A stretch of DNA of 61,875 bases, from contig JBAJNK010000009.1 of the NCBI GenBank assembly GCA_036881805.1, positions 1-61,875 on the forward strand. The letters run 5' to 3'. The notes beneath the pieces were generated by a model. The model made no database searches and had not been told where the DNA came from. It saw only the letters and a program-made list of their open reading frames with translations. Source of the stretch: Flavobacteriales bacterium (GTDB taxonomy: Bacteria > Bacteroidota > Bacteroidia > Flavobacteriales > JANQLC01). Of this stretch, positions 10,436-19,434 are shown piece by piece; position 1 is the stretch's first letter, and each line of letters begins with the position of its first letter. A program made the position numbers and the translations under genes.

Positions 10436-10487
10436 TCAGCTCGTGATCGTCTATAAAGCCCTGCGCCTCGTATGGCATGTGATCGAA

Positions 10488-12362
10488 TCACTTGGCTATT
10501 AAAATCGGTATGGGGGTGATGTGGCGCAGGTGATTCACCGTTTCCCCGAAGAAATAGTCGCGCCAGCCGCGGTGGCCATGGCTGCCGACGACTAACAAGT
10601 CGCAGTTTTCACGCATGGCGGTCTGTTTGATAAAATCGCAGCGGTTGCCATACCCCAGTCGGGTTTTAGCGGCCATTCCCAATGTTTCGATTTGCGCTTT
10701 ATAATGCCGCAAATATACCTCGTCTTCGCGAAATTCCAAATCATCGGGTTTGGAATCGGAATACACCGCTGCCGCGCTTTCAGCTACGTGGATGAGGATG
10801 AAGGTGGTGTCGGACCCTGAAAACCGCAAAGCGGTTTGAATCACCCTTTCATCATAGCGTGAAAAGTCCAGTGCCAGAGCGATTTTTTGCAAGCTGTTTG
10901 TAGATACGCGCAGGCTTAAATCCAGCGGTTTGGGGTGGACGAGTTTTCTCGCTCTCATCGCCTTTTTGACCGGCAGCAGCGGCCAAAAGGTAACGGCCAG
11001 CATCAAGCCGACAAAACCGAGACCCAAAGCGATAAACAAGCTTTTTAACCCGATCGATTCGGTTTCGGTAAAGTACTGCATCAACGAATCGATCACCAAT
11101 TTTAAGTTTAACCCAGCGATAACGGCTATAGTAATCCAGCCTATTACCTTCCAAATCGCATGGAGGGTAAATTCACCCATGGTCTTCCGGTCGCTCACGA
11201 AGTGGAGTAGGGGAATGATGGCAAAGGAGAGCTGCAAGCTCAACACGACCTGGCTGAGTATCAGTAAACCGTTTAACGACCGATCGCCAAAGAGCACCAG
11301 CGCGACCACAGCGGGTATGATGGCCAGCCCTCTGGACAGCAATCGCCTCGCTATCGGACTGATGCGCAGTTGCAAATAACCCTCCATGACGATTTGTCCG
11401 GCAAGCGTACCGGTAAGCGTGGAGCTCTGCCCGGCGGCGATCAGCGCAATGGCAAATAGGATGGAAGCCCATCGGGTGCCGAGCAATGGTGCGAGTAGGC
11501 GTTGTGCGTCCGCCAACTCGGCTAGGTGCATATATTCGGTATTGAAAAACACGGCACCTGCGAGGATTAAAATCGCCGCGTTGACCAAAAAAGCTAAGTT
11601 GAGCGCGATGGCGCTGTCCAGCAGGTTGAATCGCAGCGCCCGCCTTATGGCTTGCGGCTTGCGCACTGTTTTTCGGGATTGTACCAGCGCGGAGTGCAGG
11701 TATAAATTGTGGGGCATGACCGTAGCACCGATGATTCCAATGGTGATATACAATGCGGTCGCATTGGGAATGTCTGGCTTGAGCCCCGAGGCGATGGCTG
11801 AAAAGCTCGGCTTGGCCCAAAACAATTCCAAAGAGAAACAAATACCGATGATGAGGATCAAGGCGATGATAAAGGCCTCTACCTTTCGTATGCCCAATTT
11901 TTGCAGGTAAAAGATGAGAATGGTATCCAACAAGGTGATCAGCACACCCCATAGAAGGGGTAAGCCAAAGAGCATATTCAGGCCGATGGCTACCCCCATT
12001 ACCTCAGCCAAATCGGTCGCTATAATGGCCAGTTCGGCCAAGCCGTAGAGTATGTAATTCACCCCCCTTGGGAAACCGATCCGATTGGCCTGTGCCAGGT
12101 CTAGACCGCGGACGATCCCCAGTCGTGCGCTCAAACTCTGTAAGAAAAGCGCCATGAGATTGCTCATCAGCAAAACCCAAAGCAATTTGTACTCAAATTG
12201 CGCCCCCCCGGCTATATCGGTAGCCCAATTGCCCGGATCCATATACCCCACGCTGACCAAATAGGCGGGACCAAACCATGTGAAAAGCCTTTGCCAAGAA
12301 TTTTTCCGCGTATTCGGATCAATGCTGGCATGAAACTCGCTGAGGGATTTGTCTACCTTCAC
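10488..12362 (-). CDS. mntH: Nramp-family divalent metal (Mn/Fe) transporter fused to a C-terminal universal stress protein domain
   Basis: 624 aa with a GTG start. It has the DPGNWATDIAGG Nramp signature and about 11 TM segments. The last ~140 aa are UspA-like (ILIHV...LLVVGSHGHRGWRDYFFGETVNHL). Confidence 0.85.
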   Translation of the reverse strand: MKVDKSLSEFHASIDPNTRKNSWQRLFTWFGPAYLVSVGYMDPGNWATDIAGGAQFEYKLLWVLLMSNLMALFLQSLSARLGIVRGLDLAQANRIGFPRGVNYILYGLAELAIIATDLAEVMGVAIGLNMLFGLPLLWGVLITLLDTILIFYLQKLGIRKVEAFIIALILIIGICFSLELFWAKPSFSAIASGLKPDIPNATALYITIGIIGATVMPHNLYLHSALVQSRKTVRKPQAIRRALRFNLLDSAIALNLAFLVNAAILILAGAVFFNTEYMHLAELADAQRLLAPLLGTRWASILFAIALIAAGQSSTLTGTLAGQIVMEGYLQLRISPIARRLLSRGLAIIPAVVALVLFGDRSLNGLLILSQVVLSLQLSFAIIPLLHFVSDRKTMGEFTLHAIWKVIGWITIAVIAGLNLKLVIDSLMQYFTETESIGLKSLFIALGLGFVGLMLAVTFWPLLPVKKAMRARKLVHPKPLDLSLRVSTNSLQKIALALDFSRYDERVIQTALRFSGSDTTFILIHVAESAAAVYSDSKPDDLEFREDEVYLRHYKAQIETLGMAAKTRLGYGNRCDFIKQTAMRENCDLLVVGSHGHRGWRDYFFGETVNHLRHITPIPILIAK

Positions 12363-12444
12363 AATATGAAATGAGTCGCAAAGATAAGTTTTAGAAATAA
12401 ATATTTAGGTTAGTCTAAAAATTTTTAAGAAGTGTCTCTTATTT

Positions 12445-14043
12445 TTAAGCCTTGATTCGAGACTGAATCGCGTTTACCAGGGCGTAGAGAAATAGAAGTG
12501 CACCGATAAAAATGGCGATTCGTGCAATGTAGTCGCCGTAAAGGGTGTAAAACGTCTGCTGGGTTTGGATGCTGATGGTGCCGTTTAGGCACCCCCTTAT
12601 ATTGTAGTTGAGGCGCTTTTGGACAATGCCCCGTTCCGAGATGAAAGCCGAGACACCCGTATTGGCCGATCGCGCTACGCTGCGCCGGTTTTCAATAGCG
12701 CGAAGCCGGGCATAGGCCAGGTGTTGTCGGTAACCTTGTGTCTTTTCCCACCAGCCGTCATTCGTGATGATGCAAAGCCAATTGGCACCGTTTTTTACGT
12801 AACCGGTGACAAACTCCCCGAAAACCGATTCAAAACAAATGATGGGTGCAGCTACGAAATGGTTCGCAGCGTTTTTAAATACCGAGCGCGTTTTTTGGGT
12901 GGCGAGCGAAACCGATGTACTCCCCAGGTCGATCATGTTTCTTCCGAGTATTTTCTCGGTCAGCGACCGGTATGGGATCACCTCGACCGCTGCGACCAGC
13001 TTGGATTTGTGGTAAACCTGTAAACTGTCTTGTGCGTCGATTTGCAAAGCGGAGTTAAAGCTTTGAAACCCGCCCGATCCATCGGCAAATGGATTGGCAT
13101 CGTCGGGCAGTCGCTTGGCATTGCGGTAGATTTTTTGAGATTCCGCCCCCGTGATAAAAGCGGTTTGGGGGTGTTGCCATGTGAAATTTTTGATGAGTCG
13201 AATCGATGGATAGCGCATCGGATCGGACAGATCTATGGGTTTGTTCAGCGCCGTCTCAGGTGCGATGATATAGTCGAATCGTCCTGTGTCAGCCCGCTGG
13301 CTCAGGCTTATTAAATCTCGAGCAGTTTGTACATTGCTCTTGTGGAATTTTTCAGTATAGGGGTTTAAGTTCGGTTGTAGCACTAAAATGCTCGCGTTTT
13401 GCGCAGCTTCGCGATAGTGGGAGAAGATATAGGCGGAAGCCGCTATCGGCAGACCTATTTTTAAAATGCAAAAGCACAGCCCGCGCATGATATGGGCTTT
13501 GTCTTTGGTTTTGGAAAACTTCAAGAGACTTATAAATACACCGCTGTTGACCCACCAAACCCACAGCGAACCCCCAAAGGTGCCGGTGTATTCGTACCAT
13601 TGTATCCATTTGGGGTTTGCGGCAAAGCCGTTTCCCAAATTGAGCCAGGGCCAGGCAAATTCCCATATCAAGTGTAATTTTTCAAGTCCCAGCCAAGCGC
13701 ATACCAAAAAGAGCAGCGCCAAAGGTGGCCTGCACTTTCGCTTGGTAAAGGCATAAAGCCAGAAGACCAGGCTCATCAGCCCGGCGTTGACCAGCACGGT
13801 GAATAGCGCACCTGCTACAGTGGCGTAATGCAACCACCAGCTCGTTAAAAAATTCCAGATGACAAATGCGATGTAAGCCAATAGAAATACCTTGTACAAA
13901 GCGGCCCGTTGCACGTACAATTGGTGTTCCACCCAGAGCAGTGGGACGAATCCGATAAAGAGCAGGGCTGCAAAGCCACCTACTGGCCAAGACAGGTAGA
14001 GCAACAATCCGGTGAGTATAGAGGGTAGTACTTTCGGACGCAT
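12445..14043 (-). CDS. lnt: apolipoprotein N-acyltransferase
   Basis: 532 aa. It has an N-terminal polytopic domain plus a C-terminal CN-hydrolase domain (IIAPETAL, PIICFESVF). Confidence 0.85.
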   Translation of the reverse strand: MRPKVLPSILTGLLLYLSWPVGGFAALLFIGFVPLLWVEHQLYVQRAALYKVFLLAYIAFVIWNFLTSWWLHYATVAGALFTVLVNAGLMSLVFWLYAFTKRKCRPPLALLFLVCAWLGLEKLHLIWEFAWPWLNLGNGFAANPKWIQWYEYTGTFGGSLWVWWVNSGVFISLLKFSKTKDKAHIMRGLCFCILKIGLPIAASAYIFSHYREAAQNASILVLQPNLNPYTEKFHKSNVQTARDLISLSQRADTGRFDYIIAPETALNKPIDLSDPMRYPSIRLIKNFTWQHPQTAFITGAESQKIYRNAKRLPDDANPFADGSGGFQSFNSALQIDAQDSLQVYHKSKLVAAVEVIPYRSLTEKILGRNMIDLGSTSVSLATQKTRSVFKNAANHFVAAPIICFESVFGEFVTGYVKNGANWLCIITNDGWWEKTQGYRQHLAYARLRAIENRRSVARSANTGVSAFISERGIVQKRLNYNIRGCLNGTISIQTQQTFYTLYGDYIARIAIFIGALLFLYALVNAIQSRIKA

Positions 14044-14115
14044 CTATCGCGTTTGGGTGCAAAAGTAAGGCAGCCTTTTTTACAATTTTACTACTTTTGA
14101 AGAAAATATAAAAAA

Positions 14116-14832
14116 GTGTTTGGAAAGAGCGCGCTCCCCAATTTGTTGACACTCGGCAATTTGTTTTTCGGCTGCTTGGCTACGAGATCGGCTTTCCGAG
14201 GTGCGTTTACAGACGCGGCTGCCTTTGTGGCTCTTGGCCTGCTCCTGGATTTTCTCGATGGCCTAGTAGCCCGAATGCTAAAGGTGGATGGCGCGCTGGG
14301 CAAGCAGCTCGACTCGCTGGCCGACTTGGTCACTTTCGGCCTGGTACCCGGCGTTTTTATGTATGCCCTCATCGACCGAAGCCTAGATGGAACCCATGCA
14401 TACTTGCCTTATCTCGGCTTTGTCATTACCTTGTCTGCTGCGGTTCGCCTCGCCAAGTTTAACGTAGACATGCGGCAGAACGACTATTTTTTTGGTTTGC
14501 CCACACCGGCTAATGCCCTATACATCATTTCACTGATGATGATTTTAATATTTCAAAACACGCCGACGGTGGATAACCTGCTTTCCAATACCTATTTTCT
14601 ACTGTTTAATGTGTTGGTGAGCAGTGTATTCATGCTTTTGGATGTCAAATTATTTTCCCTGAAGGTCAAATCCATCAGCTGGAAGCGAAACGAGTTGCGC
14701 TATGCTTTTTTACTCATCTCAGCCCTGTTGATTTTGGGCCTGAAATTTCTAGCCATACCACTTATCGTAACGCTTTACATCGTACTATCCGCTGTGACGA
14801 GTATCACTCGTTTTAGCAATTGGTTAGATTGA
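14116..14832 (+). CDS. pssA: CDP-alcohol phosphatidyltransferase (phosphatidylserine synthase type)
   Basis: GTG start. DFLDGLVARMLKVDGALGKQLDSLADLVTFG matches D-x2-DG-x2-AR-x8-G-x3-D-x3-D. Confidence 0.75.
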   Translation: MFGKSALPNLLTLGNLFFGCLATRSAFRGAFTDAAAFVALGLLLDFLDGLVARMLKVDGALGKQLDSLADLVTFGLVPGVFMYALIDRSLDGTHAYLPYLGFVITLSAAVRLAKFNVDMRQNDYFFGLPTPANALYIISLMMILIFQNTPTVDNLLSNTYFLLFNVLVSSVFMLLDVKLFSLKVKSISWKRNELRYAFLLISALLILGLKFLAIPLIVTLYIVLSAVTSITRFSNWLD

Positions 14833-16107
14833 TTCCAAAACCCTTTCTAAAGCCATACTGCGCGACCCTTTGACGAGGACAAATCGGGCGGTTACAGCGC
14901 GGTTTGCTAAAGTTTTACAGAAGTCCTTGTATGTTTTGAATTTTTTGAGATTTTCAATCCCATGGGTATGGGTTTGATAAAATTGATTTCCGATGAGAGA
15001 GACCTGTGTAAAATCCAATTCCCGCAATAGATCGACGATGGATTGATGGGCGTTGGGGCTGGCATCCCCGAGTTCATACATATCGCCGAGAATAACCCAC
15101 TTGCGCCCGCTGCGGTTTTTAAATGCGGCCAAGCTGGCACGCATGCTGGAGGGGTTGGCGTTATAAGCATCCAAAATGATTTGGTAGGTGCCTCGATCGA
15201 CGATCTCAGAACGGTTTGAACCGGGCGTGTGGGCCTGAATCGCAGCCTGGATTTTGTTTGGTGCCACATCGAAGAAAAGCCCTATGGCTACGGCCGCTGC
15301 GATATTGGGTAGGTTGTAATGCCCGACCAGTCGGGATGAGATCGCCTCGTTTTGGTAGGCCAATTCGGCGAATGCTTTGTTTTTTTTGTACTGGAAGACC
15401 ACATCGGCACAGCTGTTTTGCCCAAATGTAAAGCGCTTGAGTCCCGCACTCTTTTGTACTTGTAACGCATCGTCGAGGTTTACGAAAGCCCGTCCACCGC
15501 TCGACTTGAGAAAATCATATAACTCACTTTTGCCCTTTACCACCCCTTCGAAGCCGCCAAAGCCCTCGAGGTGGGCTTGTCCAAAGTTGGTGATATAGCC
15601 CAGATCGGGCTCTGCTATCGCGCAGAGCCGCCCGATTTCGCTTTGACGACTGGCGCCCATCTCGACGATGGCAAATCGGTGTTCAGCATTTAAATCGAGT
15701 AGTGTGAGCGGGACGCCGATCGAGTTATTCCGGTTTCCAACCGTGGCCAGGGTCGGGTATTTTTGACTTAAAACGGCATGGATCAGTTCCTTAGTAGTGG
15801 TTTTTCCGTTGCTTCCCGTTACGGCCAGTAAGGTGGCGTTGAATTTCCGCCTGTGGTACCGAGCCAAACCTTGTAAGGCTTGAAGCGCATTCGGGAAATA
15901 AATGACTCGTGCATTTTCGTTTGGGACGGATTGGTCATCTACGACAGTCGCTAAGGCGCCGCTTTCAAGGGCCTGTAAGGCGAATTGATTGCCGTTGAAT
16001 GCAGGCCCTCGCAAGGCGAAAAAGAGTTGGTTTTTCTCAATCTTCCGCGTGTCGGTAGCAACGCCCTTGGATTTTAAAAATAGTGCGTATAGCTCTTGAA
16101 TTTCCAT
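14824..16107 (-). CDS. murF: UDP-N-acetylmuramoyl-tripeptide--D-alanyl-D-alanine ligase
   Basis: Mur ligase P-loop GSNGKTTTKE is present. I took the start at the internal ATG (MEIQELYALF) so the gene does not overlap the gldJ coding end. Confidence 0.85.
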   Translation of the reverse strand: MEIQELYALFLKSKGVATDTRKIEKNQLFFALRGPAFNGNQFALQALESGALATVVDDQSVPNENARVIYFPNALQALQGLARYHRRKFNATLLAVTGSNGKTTTKELIHAVLSQKYPTLATVGNRNNSIGVPLTLLDLNAEHRFAIVEMGASRQSEIGRLCAIAEPDLGYITNFGQAHLEGFGGFEGVVKGKSELYDFLKSSGGRAFVNLDDALQVQKSAGLKRFTFGQNSCADVVFQYKKNKAFAELAYQNEAISSRLVGHYNLPNIAAAVAIGLFFDVAPNKIQAAIQAHTPGSNRSEIVDRGTYQIILDAYNANPSSMRASLAAFKNRSGRKWVILGDMYELGDASPNAHQSIVDLLRELDFTQVSLIGNQFYQTHTHGIENLKKFKTYKDFCKTLANRAVTARFVLVKGSRSMALERVLESI

Positions 16108-16144
16108 CTGATAAGGGTGTGGGAAGGTCGAATGCGCGGTCCGC

Positions 16145-17671
16145 TCAGTTCCTTCTCGTCCTGCCTCGGGTCTTGTGTCCCACCCGATCCATTGCACACC
16201 GAAAACCAATCCAGGAAGTAGCTCGGTCCTCCCGCATAAACCGGCGTTCAGCGGGATCTAACCAGTAGGCGCGATCCCGCCAAGAACCCCCTTTGACCAC
16301 TCGAAATTCATCGTGGCTATCCGGAGTATTGCGGTTGTTTTGTCCCAGACCTGTCGGGGGGGAGTCGCCGCTGTAAAACGCACTGTCAGATGGGCTTGAC
16401 CCTTCTGGATACGCGTCTGTATCGCCTGACTTTTTATAGCGCACTTGGCCGGGTAAGTCGTGGTAGACCAGCTTACCATTGGGTAAGGTGTCATATGTAA
16501 CCGTTTCAGTGACCACGGCCGTTTTTCCATCTTTGCGCACCACCTTTGTAAAGGTGTTGCCCCTATAGTAATTGAGATCGTTGGTCTCTGTGTCGATGGT
16601 CGGTTTATATACGTCCGCAACCCATTCTGCTACATTGCCTTCCATGTCGTATAACCCGGCGTCGTTAGGCGGAAATGTCCGGGTTTCTGACGGGGCTGCA
16701 GCCCCGTCATTAGACCAACCCACTACACCGCTGTAGTCTCCAGCTCGCCTTTTAAAATTGGCGAGAAAATCACCTTTCTTACCGATGCGTCGGTTCCGCA
16801 ACTGCCTGATAGGGGATTCCCTCCCTTTTCGTATGTTGTAGACTCGTCTTTGATTTGGAACTACAGCTGCGTACTCCCACTCCACTTCGGTGGGCAGGCG
16901 GTAAGCGGGGAGCAATATACCATCTTCTCGTCTGACGACAGCGCTTTTCCGCTTGCCGCGTTTAGCCGATTTGCCCGAGGCGGTACGGGTATCCGTAGCG
17001 TCGCTTGCCACCGAATTCGAGGTTTCGACTTCGTTTAAATAGGCCTCGGTGGAAAAATGCGCGGCACCATGCGCCTCACCACTCTTTTCTTTGCTTATAT
17101 ACCCCGCCCGGGTCAAGATCCGTTCGTTTACGCGATCGGTTCGCCAGGCTGCATAACGATTGGCTTGAAGCCAATTGACGCCCACTACGGGGTAATAGCT
17201 GTAAGCCGGGTGTCGCAGGTAATTTTTTACATACACTTCGTTGTATGAAAGCGTATCGCGCCATACTGTGGTATCCGGCAAAGCGCTCAACCATATTTTG
17301 GAAAACCGTTCATCGCTCGGTGGGAATACCCTTTTGAGCCAGCTGAGGTATTCCCGATAGGCGATGTTGGTCACTTCTGTTTCGTCCATATAGAATGAAT
17401 GTACTTGTTGCCGTGTCGGTGCGTTATTCCAATTGTGCATGACATCTTCTCGGGTACGCCCCATGACGAAGGTGCCCCCCTCGATAAAGACCAATCCCGG
17501 TCCGGTTTTTTGTGCATCGTAACGGGTTTTGGCGTTAAGCGTTTCCACTGGATTGCTAATGTCCCAGCCCGTGGTTTCGGATTTCCCATTTCTGCCTCTT
17601 CCACCGAAAAAACGGCTACAGCTCGAGAGAACCAGGATTGATACGATGGAGATTAAAAGGCTTTTTGTCAT
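16145..17671 (-). CDS. gldJ: gliding motility lipoprotein GldJ (SUMF1/FGE-like domains)
   Basis: Lipoprotein signal MTKSLLISIVSILVLSSC. The block GPGLVFIEGGTFVMG...FYMDETEVTNIAYREYL is typical of GldJ. A TAaaTTTG -7-like box lies at 17725-17732 on the minus strand. Confidence 0.7.
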   Translation of the reverse strand: MTKSLLISIVSILVLSSCSRFFGGRGRNGKSETTGWDISNPVETLNAKTRYDAQKTGPGLVFIEGGTFVMGRTREDVMHNWNNAPTRQQVHSFYMDETEVTNIAYREYLSWLKRVFPPSDERFSKIWLSALPDTTVWRDTLSYNEVYVKNYLRHPAYSYYPVVGVNWLQANRYAAWRTDRVNERILTRAGYISKEKSGEAHGAAHFSTEAYLNEVETSNSVASDATDTRTASGKSAKRGKRKSAVVRREDGILLPAYRLPTEVEWEYAAVVPNQRRVYNIRKGRESPIRQLRNRRIGKKGDFLANFKRRAGDYSGVVGWSNDGAAAPSETRTFPPNDAGLYDMEGNVAEWVADVYKPTIDTETNDLNYYRGNTFTKVVRKDGKTAVVTETVTYDTLPNGKLVYHDLPGQVRYKKSGDTDAYPEGSSPSDSAFYSGDSPPTGLGQNNRNTPDSHDEFRVVKGGSWRDRAYWLDPAERRFMREDRATSWIGFRCAMDRVGHKTRGRTRRN

Positions 17672-17888
17672 ATCTACAGTATGATTTGTTAGACTTGTAT
17701 AGTTGCAAATTAAATACATTTGCACAAATTTACCTAATTTTAAATGCGCGGTGAATCCGAGGGGTTGAGCCGTGTGACATGAAGTACGTATTTTTTTGTT
17801 TCTTTTGATCACACCATTGCTACCGCTGGATTGGGTTTTGCGACATGGCTTATAAAAGCAGTTCTGCTCGGGGATTTTAAACGGATAT

Positions 17889-18371
17889 ATGCAGCGGAGT
17901 CAGATCATCAACTATACCGAATACCGATCTGTAGCGGAGTTAGACGAGGAGATGCAACTCCTCTTTAAACGCGTGGCAAAAGCACGAGAAAGCGCTTATG
18001 CACCTTATTCCAAATTTAAGGTAGGTGCTGCAATCCGTCTCGAAGGGGGGCAAATCATATGCGGGAACAACCAAGAGAATGCCGTTTATCCGGTGGGTCT
18101 ATGTGCCGAGCGAGTAGCCATTTTTCAAGCTGGTGCCTCGTATCCCGGCGTGCGTATCCGCGCCCTGGTCATACTCGCCGGTAGTGAACTAGCCCCTACC
18201 CATCGGCCTGTACCCCCTTGTGGAAGCTGCAGGCAAGCGATAGCTGAATATGAGCGCCGCCAGGGGTATCCCATTCGGATAGCCTGTAAAGGAGTGGGTG
18301 GGGGGCCTATATTGGAAGTGGGCACTGTTAGAGATTTACTGCCCTTTGGCTTCTCAAAAGACTTCTTGTAG
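17889..18371 (+). CDS. cdd: cytidine deaminase
   Basis: 160 aa with zinc ligand motifs CAERVAIF and PCGSCRQ. Confidence 0.85.
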   Translation: MQRSQIINYTEYRSVAELDEEMQLLFKRVAKARESAYAPYSKFKVGAAIRLEGGQIICGNNQENAVYPVGLCAERVAIFQAGASYPGVRIRALVILAGSELAPTHRPVPPCGSCRQAIAEYERRQGYPIRIACKGVGGGPILEVGTVRDLLPFGFSKDFL

Positions 18372-18438
18372 CCTGTTCCATACTTTACGATTAAAGTGTA
18401 AATTTGCCAGGCAGAAACACCAAGGATCTCCATGACTT

Positions 18439-19434
18439 ATGCGTAGCGTTACAAAAGAAACTTACCTCGGCTGGTATGCGGATATGCTTTTTTGGCGAAA
18501 GTTTGAGAACAAGTGTGCCGCTTTGTACATACAGCAAAAGATCAGGGGTTTCTTGCACCTGTACAGTGGGCAGGAAGCGATTTTAGCGGGTGCTTTGCAC
18601 GCGATGGATTTATCTCGAGATCGAATGATTACGGCATACCGGAATCACGTACAACCCATCGGTATGGGTGTGGATCCCAAGCGCGTCATGGCAGAATTAA
18701 TGGGGCGGGTTACCGGTACGTCAAAGGGTTTTGGCGGGTCGATGCACATTTTTTCAAAGGTGCACCGTTTTTATGGTGGTCACGGGATTGTGGGCGGTCA
18801 AATCCCGTTGGGAGCAGGCATCGCTTTTGCCGATAAGTATTTCGGTCGCAAAGCGGTAACCCTTTGTTTTATGGGCGATGGCGCTGTGCGTCAGGGGGCC
18901 TTTCACGAAACCTTAAACATGGCTATGAATTGGAAGCTCCCCGTAGTTTTCATCTGTGAAAACAACCATTATGCCATGGGAACCTCGGTAGCGCGTACGG
19001 CCAGTCATACGGATATTTATAAGCTCGGCATGGGCTATGAGATGCCTTCAGCGCCCGTCGACGGCATGAATCCCATACGTATGGCGGAGTCGGTTTACGA
19101 GGCAGTCGCGCGTGCACGCCGTGGAGACGGCCCTACTTTTTTGGAGGCTAAAACCTACCGTTACCGCGGGCATTCGATGAGTGATGCACAAGCTTACCGC
19201 ACCAAAGAAGAAGTAGAAGAATACAAAAAAATCGATCCGATCAATCAGGTATTGCAGGTTATTCAAGAGCGCAATTACGCTTCTGAAAAACAGATCGATG
19301 CCATCCGTGACCAGGTGGCGGAACGGGTAGCAGCATGTGTGGAGTTTGCTGAGCAATCGGCGTTTCCGCCGGCGGATTTGCTCTGTGAAGAGGTGTACGA
19401 ACAGAAGGAAATAGACTATGGCAGAAGTGATTAA
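18439..19434 (+). CDS. pdhA: pyruvate dehydrogenase E1 component alpha subunit
   Basis: 331 aa. It has the TPP motif MGDGAVRQG and the YRGHSMSD loop. A TAaaTTTG box lies at 18399-18406. Confidence 0.85.
   Translation: MRSVTKETYLGWYADMLFWRKFENKCAALYIQQKIRGFLHLYSGQEAILAGALHAMDLSRDRMITAYRNHVQPIGMGVDPKRVMAELMGRVTGTSKGFGGSMHIFSKVHRFYGGHGIVGGQIPLGAGIAFADKYFGRKAVTLCFMGDGAVRQGAFHETLNMAMNWKLPVVFICENNHYAMGTSVARTASHTDIYKLGMGYEMPSAPVDGMNPIRMAESVYEAVARARRGDGPTFLEAKTYRYRGHSMSDAQAYRTKEEVEEYKKIDPINQVLQVIQERNYASEKQIDAIRDQVAERVAACVEFAEQSAFPPADLLCEEVYEQKEIDYGRSD

Noticed and set aside
10852-11952. Long overlapping ORFs within the mntH region (259 aa at 11173-11952 minus, 174 aa at 11386-11910 plus, 149 aa at 10930-11379 plus, 100 aa at 10852-11154 minus)
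   Set aside because: They are out-of-frame or antisense shadows of a strongly supported Nramp gene. Their compositions are Arg/His/Gly/Ala-rich or Ser/Ala-rich, typical of non-coding frames, and no motifs were recognised.
16108-16209. N-terminal extensions given by the ORF track for murF, and similarly for gldJ (17672-17812), NYN (56998-57042), the SDR gene (48860-48955), perM (31181-31246) and oxyR (1494-1541)
   Set aside because: The extensions overlap a neighbouring gene, a tRNA, a terminator hairpin, a repeat array or a promoter box. The conserved protein N-termini or signal peptides begin at the internal start codons.
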